A stretch of 64,000 nucleotides of DNA from Eledone cirrhosa. Lineage: Eukaryota. Positions 61,273 to 64,000 of this stretch are shown here, piece after piece. Location: contig OZ024740.1 in assembly GCA_964016885.1 (NCBI GenBank), forward strand, positions 132,804,001 through 132,868,000. The letters are read 5' to 3'. Both the position numbers and the translations under genes were made by a program. How positions within the stretch are numbered: the stretch's first letter is position 1; every line of letters begins with the position of its first letter. The notes under the pieces are model-generated. The model was not told the DNA's origin, did no database searches, and saw only the letters and a program-made list of their open reading frames with translations.

Positions 61273-63708
61273 ATTGAAAAACAATACTTGGGAACTTCTT
61301 TAAAGCATATACCAGTACCTTCTAAGGATGATTTCTTACTCCTTATGATACAGAAAACTAACCAATTTATCAGAAGAGCCAGATGGAGGGCATACCACTT
61401 CGATAAAAAATCTAAATATACAGATAGGAAATATATGTATGATTTCACTACTTATAAGAATCCACCACACAGCTCTCTACTTGAAAACTTTGAGAAAGAC
61501 CTTTTTAATTTAATTAAACACCTCAAATTTAAGAAGTATAAATCTATCTTTCAAAAGGACCTTGATTCTACCCTATTGGACCTAAAAAAATCTAAAAAAA
61601 TCCATGTCCACTCGGACAAAACTGGAAACCTATATCACATGGATATTGAAAATTACAATGAGTTCATATATAAAGAACTCAGGAAAAATTATAGAAAAAC
61701 TAATAATGCGTCACTCACCAACATCAACAACAAAACACACAACATAGTGAATAAACTAAATATTGAAGATAGAACTGAACCTTTGGCATTGAAAAGACCA
61801 CACTTCAACCTGAAAGATCATAAATCAAACTTTAACTCTAATCTTTCTATAAGACTTATCTGTCCCTCCAAATCGGATATTGGAATAATTAGCAAAAAAA
61901 TTTTAGATAGAGTCATCCCACAAATAAGAAAACATGTTAATTTACCACTCTGGGAAAACACTTCCCAGGTAATTAACTGGTTTAATAATATTAGATGTAA
62001 ATCTTCTGCTTCATTTCTACAATTTGATATAGATAATTACTATTCTTCTATATCACCTATACTCCTGAACAAAGCTTTGATATTTGCTAAAAATAGATCT
62101 AACTTAACTTTGGATGACATTAATATTATTACACATGCTAAACTAACACTTATTGAATTTCAGAATGAATACTGGACCAGAAACACATATAGTAATCTAT
62201 TTGATATTACTATGGGCTCAAGCGATTCTGCCCATATCACTGATCTTGTGGGCCTCTTTCTTCTTTTTAACATATATGCTTCCTTTCCCCACCTTAAAGG
62301 TGGTTTATATCGTGATGACTGTCTTCTTCTTTCCAACAACCTTAGCCTCTCAGGAATAGAAAAAAACAAAAAGCTTATTAGAACTTTCCTTAAAGACTAT
62401 TATAGTCTAGATATTACTTTTGAAAACACAAGTAAAGTAGTTAATTTCCTAGATATAACTTTAGACTTGGCTACGGGTATCTACCAACCTTACCATAAAC
62501 CCAACCAAAACTTACACTACATACACTGACAATCTAATCACCCTAAAACTATCCTTAAAAACCTTGCATATAATATATCACTTAGAATTTCTAACCTTTC
62601 GTCTAACCAAGATGTATTTCATAAAAATGCGACCTTCTATAACGAAGCTCTAGCTAGAAGTGGCCACAAAAATAGATTGGAATATATACCTTCTACCAAT
62701 AACACTATAAACATACAACCTAATATTACCAACAAACACCAAATGAAACGTACACACCTAAATGCCACTCACACTATACCCCAAAATACCAACATAAAAT
62801 TAAATTTCTCTAACTCCTCTAATATAAAGTATAGTAACTCTCAAAAAACTACTCATCATACAACTCTAATAAATGTTAATAATAAAACTCCTAATAAACA
62901 AGCTAAAATACCTAAATCAATAAATCTAACTAAAAATGTGCGTGGAGAGGTCATTAACAATAATCCTCCTAGTAAATATCAGGATGCATCATATAAAAAC
63001 AATAAACAACATAGAAACCGTAATAGAAGAGTTACTTGGTATAATGCTCCATTTAATTTACAAATTAAGTATAATATACCTAAAACATTTTTTAATATCC
63101 TAGAGAAAAACTTCCCGCCAAACCACAAATACCATCAAATCTTAAATATATCAACAGTTAAATTCTCATACTCAACAACCAAAAACATAAAACAAAATAT
63201 AAGTGCCTATAATGCATATAAATGTAAAATAACCATAAGTATACCACCAGTACATCAAACTAGCCATAATATCTCCTCAAATACAGAATTAACGAAAGGT
63301 TGTAACTGTAGAAACAAGGCAAACTGCCCATTAAAAGGAAATTGTCTTGTTAACAACATAGTATATAAATGTAAAGTTAAAACTAAGGATTCTATTTGCA
63401 CATATATAGGAGCTACTTCTAACAATTTTAAGGTAAGGTTTAATACCCACAAACATAGTTTTAAAAATGTCGCACTGGCTAATACAACATCTCTAGCAGA
63501 AAAAATTAATAATTATAGAAATAAGAATATAGAATATGATATGACCTGGAGTGTGCTCAAAAGAGCCACCCCTTATCAAAATAATAGAAATGAATGTAGA
63601 TTGTGTTCCCAAGAACTATTTGAAATAATGAAATCTAAGCGACAGAAATTAATAATATCGTGTAATCATAAACTGAGAAAAACATTTAAATATTATAAAC
63701 CTAATTAA
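61273..63708 (+). CDS. PLE polyprotein (telomerase-related RT + CxCx5C linker + GIY-YIG endonuclease), about 810 codons with one in-frame TGA at 62527-62529; resembles the Hydra clade
   Basis: ORFs 61252-62529 and 62677-63708 share a frame and read through as YIH*QSNHP. Motifs: SDKT, LKDHK, RLICP, FDIDNYYSSI, MGSSDS, LYRDD, VNFLD, CNCRNKANCP, NIVYKC..YIGAT..FKVRFNTH, CRLC and CNH. Homology appears to start at ATT 61273; the first in-frame ATG is at 61345. Confidence 0.92.
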
Positions 63709-64000
63709 TAATATATATTTTAGAAATTAATATATAAATTAATTTTAATGTAGTTAACCTGTAATTTTAATTTAATTAAAATTCTACTACAGATGAAATT
63801 AAAAAATATCGTATAATCATAAACTGTGAAAAACATTTAAATATTATTAACCTAATTAATATATACTTTGGAAATTAATATATAGATTAATTTTAGTTTA
63901 TTTAACCTATTATTAAAATTCTTTTACAGATGAAATACAACAAAATATCGTGTAATTAAAAACGGAGAAATACTTTTTAATATTATAAACCTAATTAATA
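63643..64000 (+). repeat. Tandem repeat of about 140-150 bp whose first unit includes the last ~20 codons of the ORF
   Basis: aatatcgt.taat.a.aaac.g.gaaa..c.ttta.atattat.aacctaattaat occurs at about 63653, 63805 and 63944. Confidence 0.88.

Larger units (their letters stand above)
58203..64000 (+). mobile_element. Composite PLE: inverted pseudo-LTR (58203-58965), upstream partial-tandem 3' UTR/pseudo-LTR (58966-61121), ORF, then tandem 3' repeats running off the window
   Basis: 58203-58965 is the reverse complement of 60365-61121. The 59038-59540 repeats share tttaaatattataaacctaatta with the ORF 3' end. Confidence 0.9.

Overview
AT-rich, microsatellite-dense animal DNA. The tRNA-derived SINEs resemble octopus families as I recall them, so an octopod cephalopod is likely (inference). 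I could not identify a host gene; at most two weak candidate exons are present. The window is dominated by Penelope-like retroelements (PLEs; RT + C-terminal GIY-YIG) from several families, including one near-intact ORF at 61273-63708 broken by a single in-frame TGA. It also holds RTE-type LINE remnants, a CRE-like remnant, a non-autonomous Helitron and about ten SINE copies. The most striking structure is about a dozen head-to-head (fold-back) insertions of PLE-type 3' ends at (TA)n tracts. Many carry type I hammerhead ribozyme (HHR) motifs, and most show the same asymmetry: one arm stops at an internal TA-rich site and the other runs 40-95 nt further, often through a GAG(T/C)RCT motif. One family (37762-38420, 48923-49640) is ORF-less, about 430 nt, terminally redundant, and has a canonical HHR core plus an ATGCAAAT octamer, making it a candidate retrozyme-like circular-RNA element mobilised by PLEs. 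All alignments and folds were done by eye and coordinates of decayed elements are approximate.
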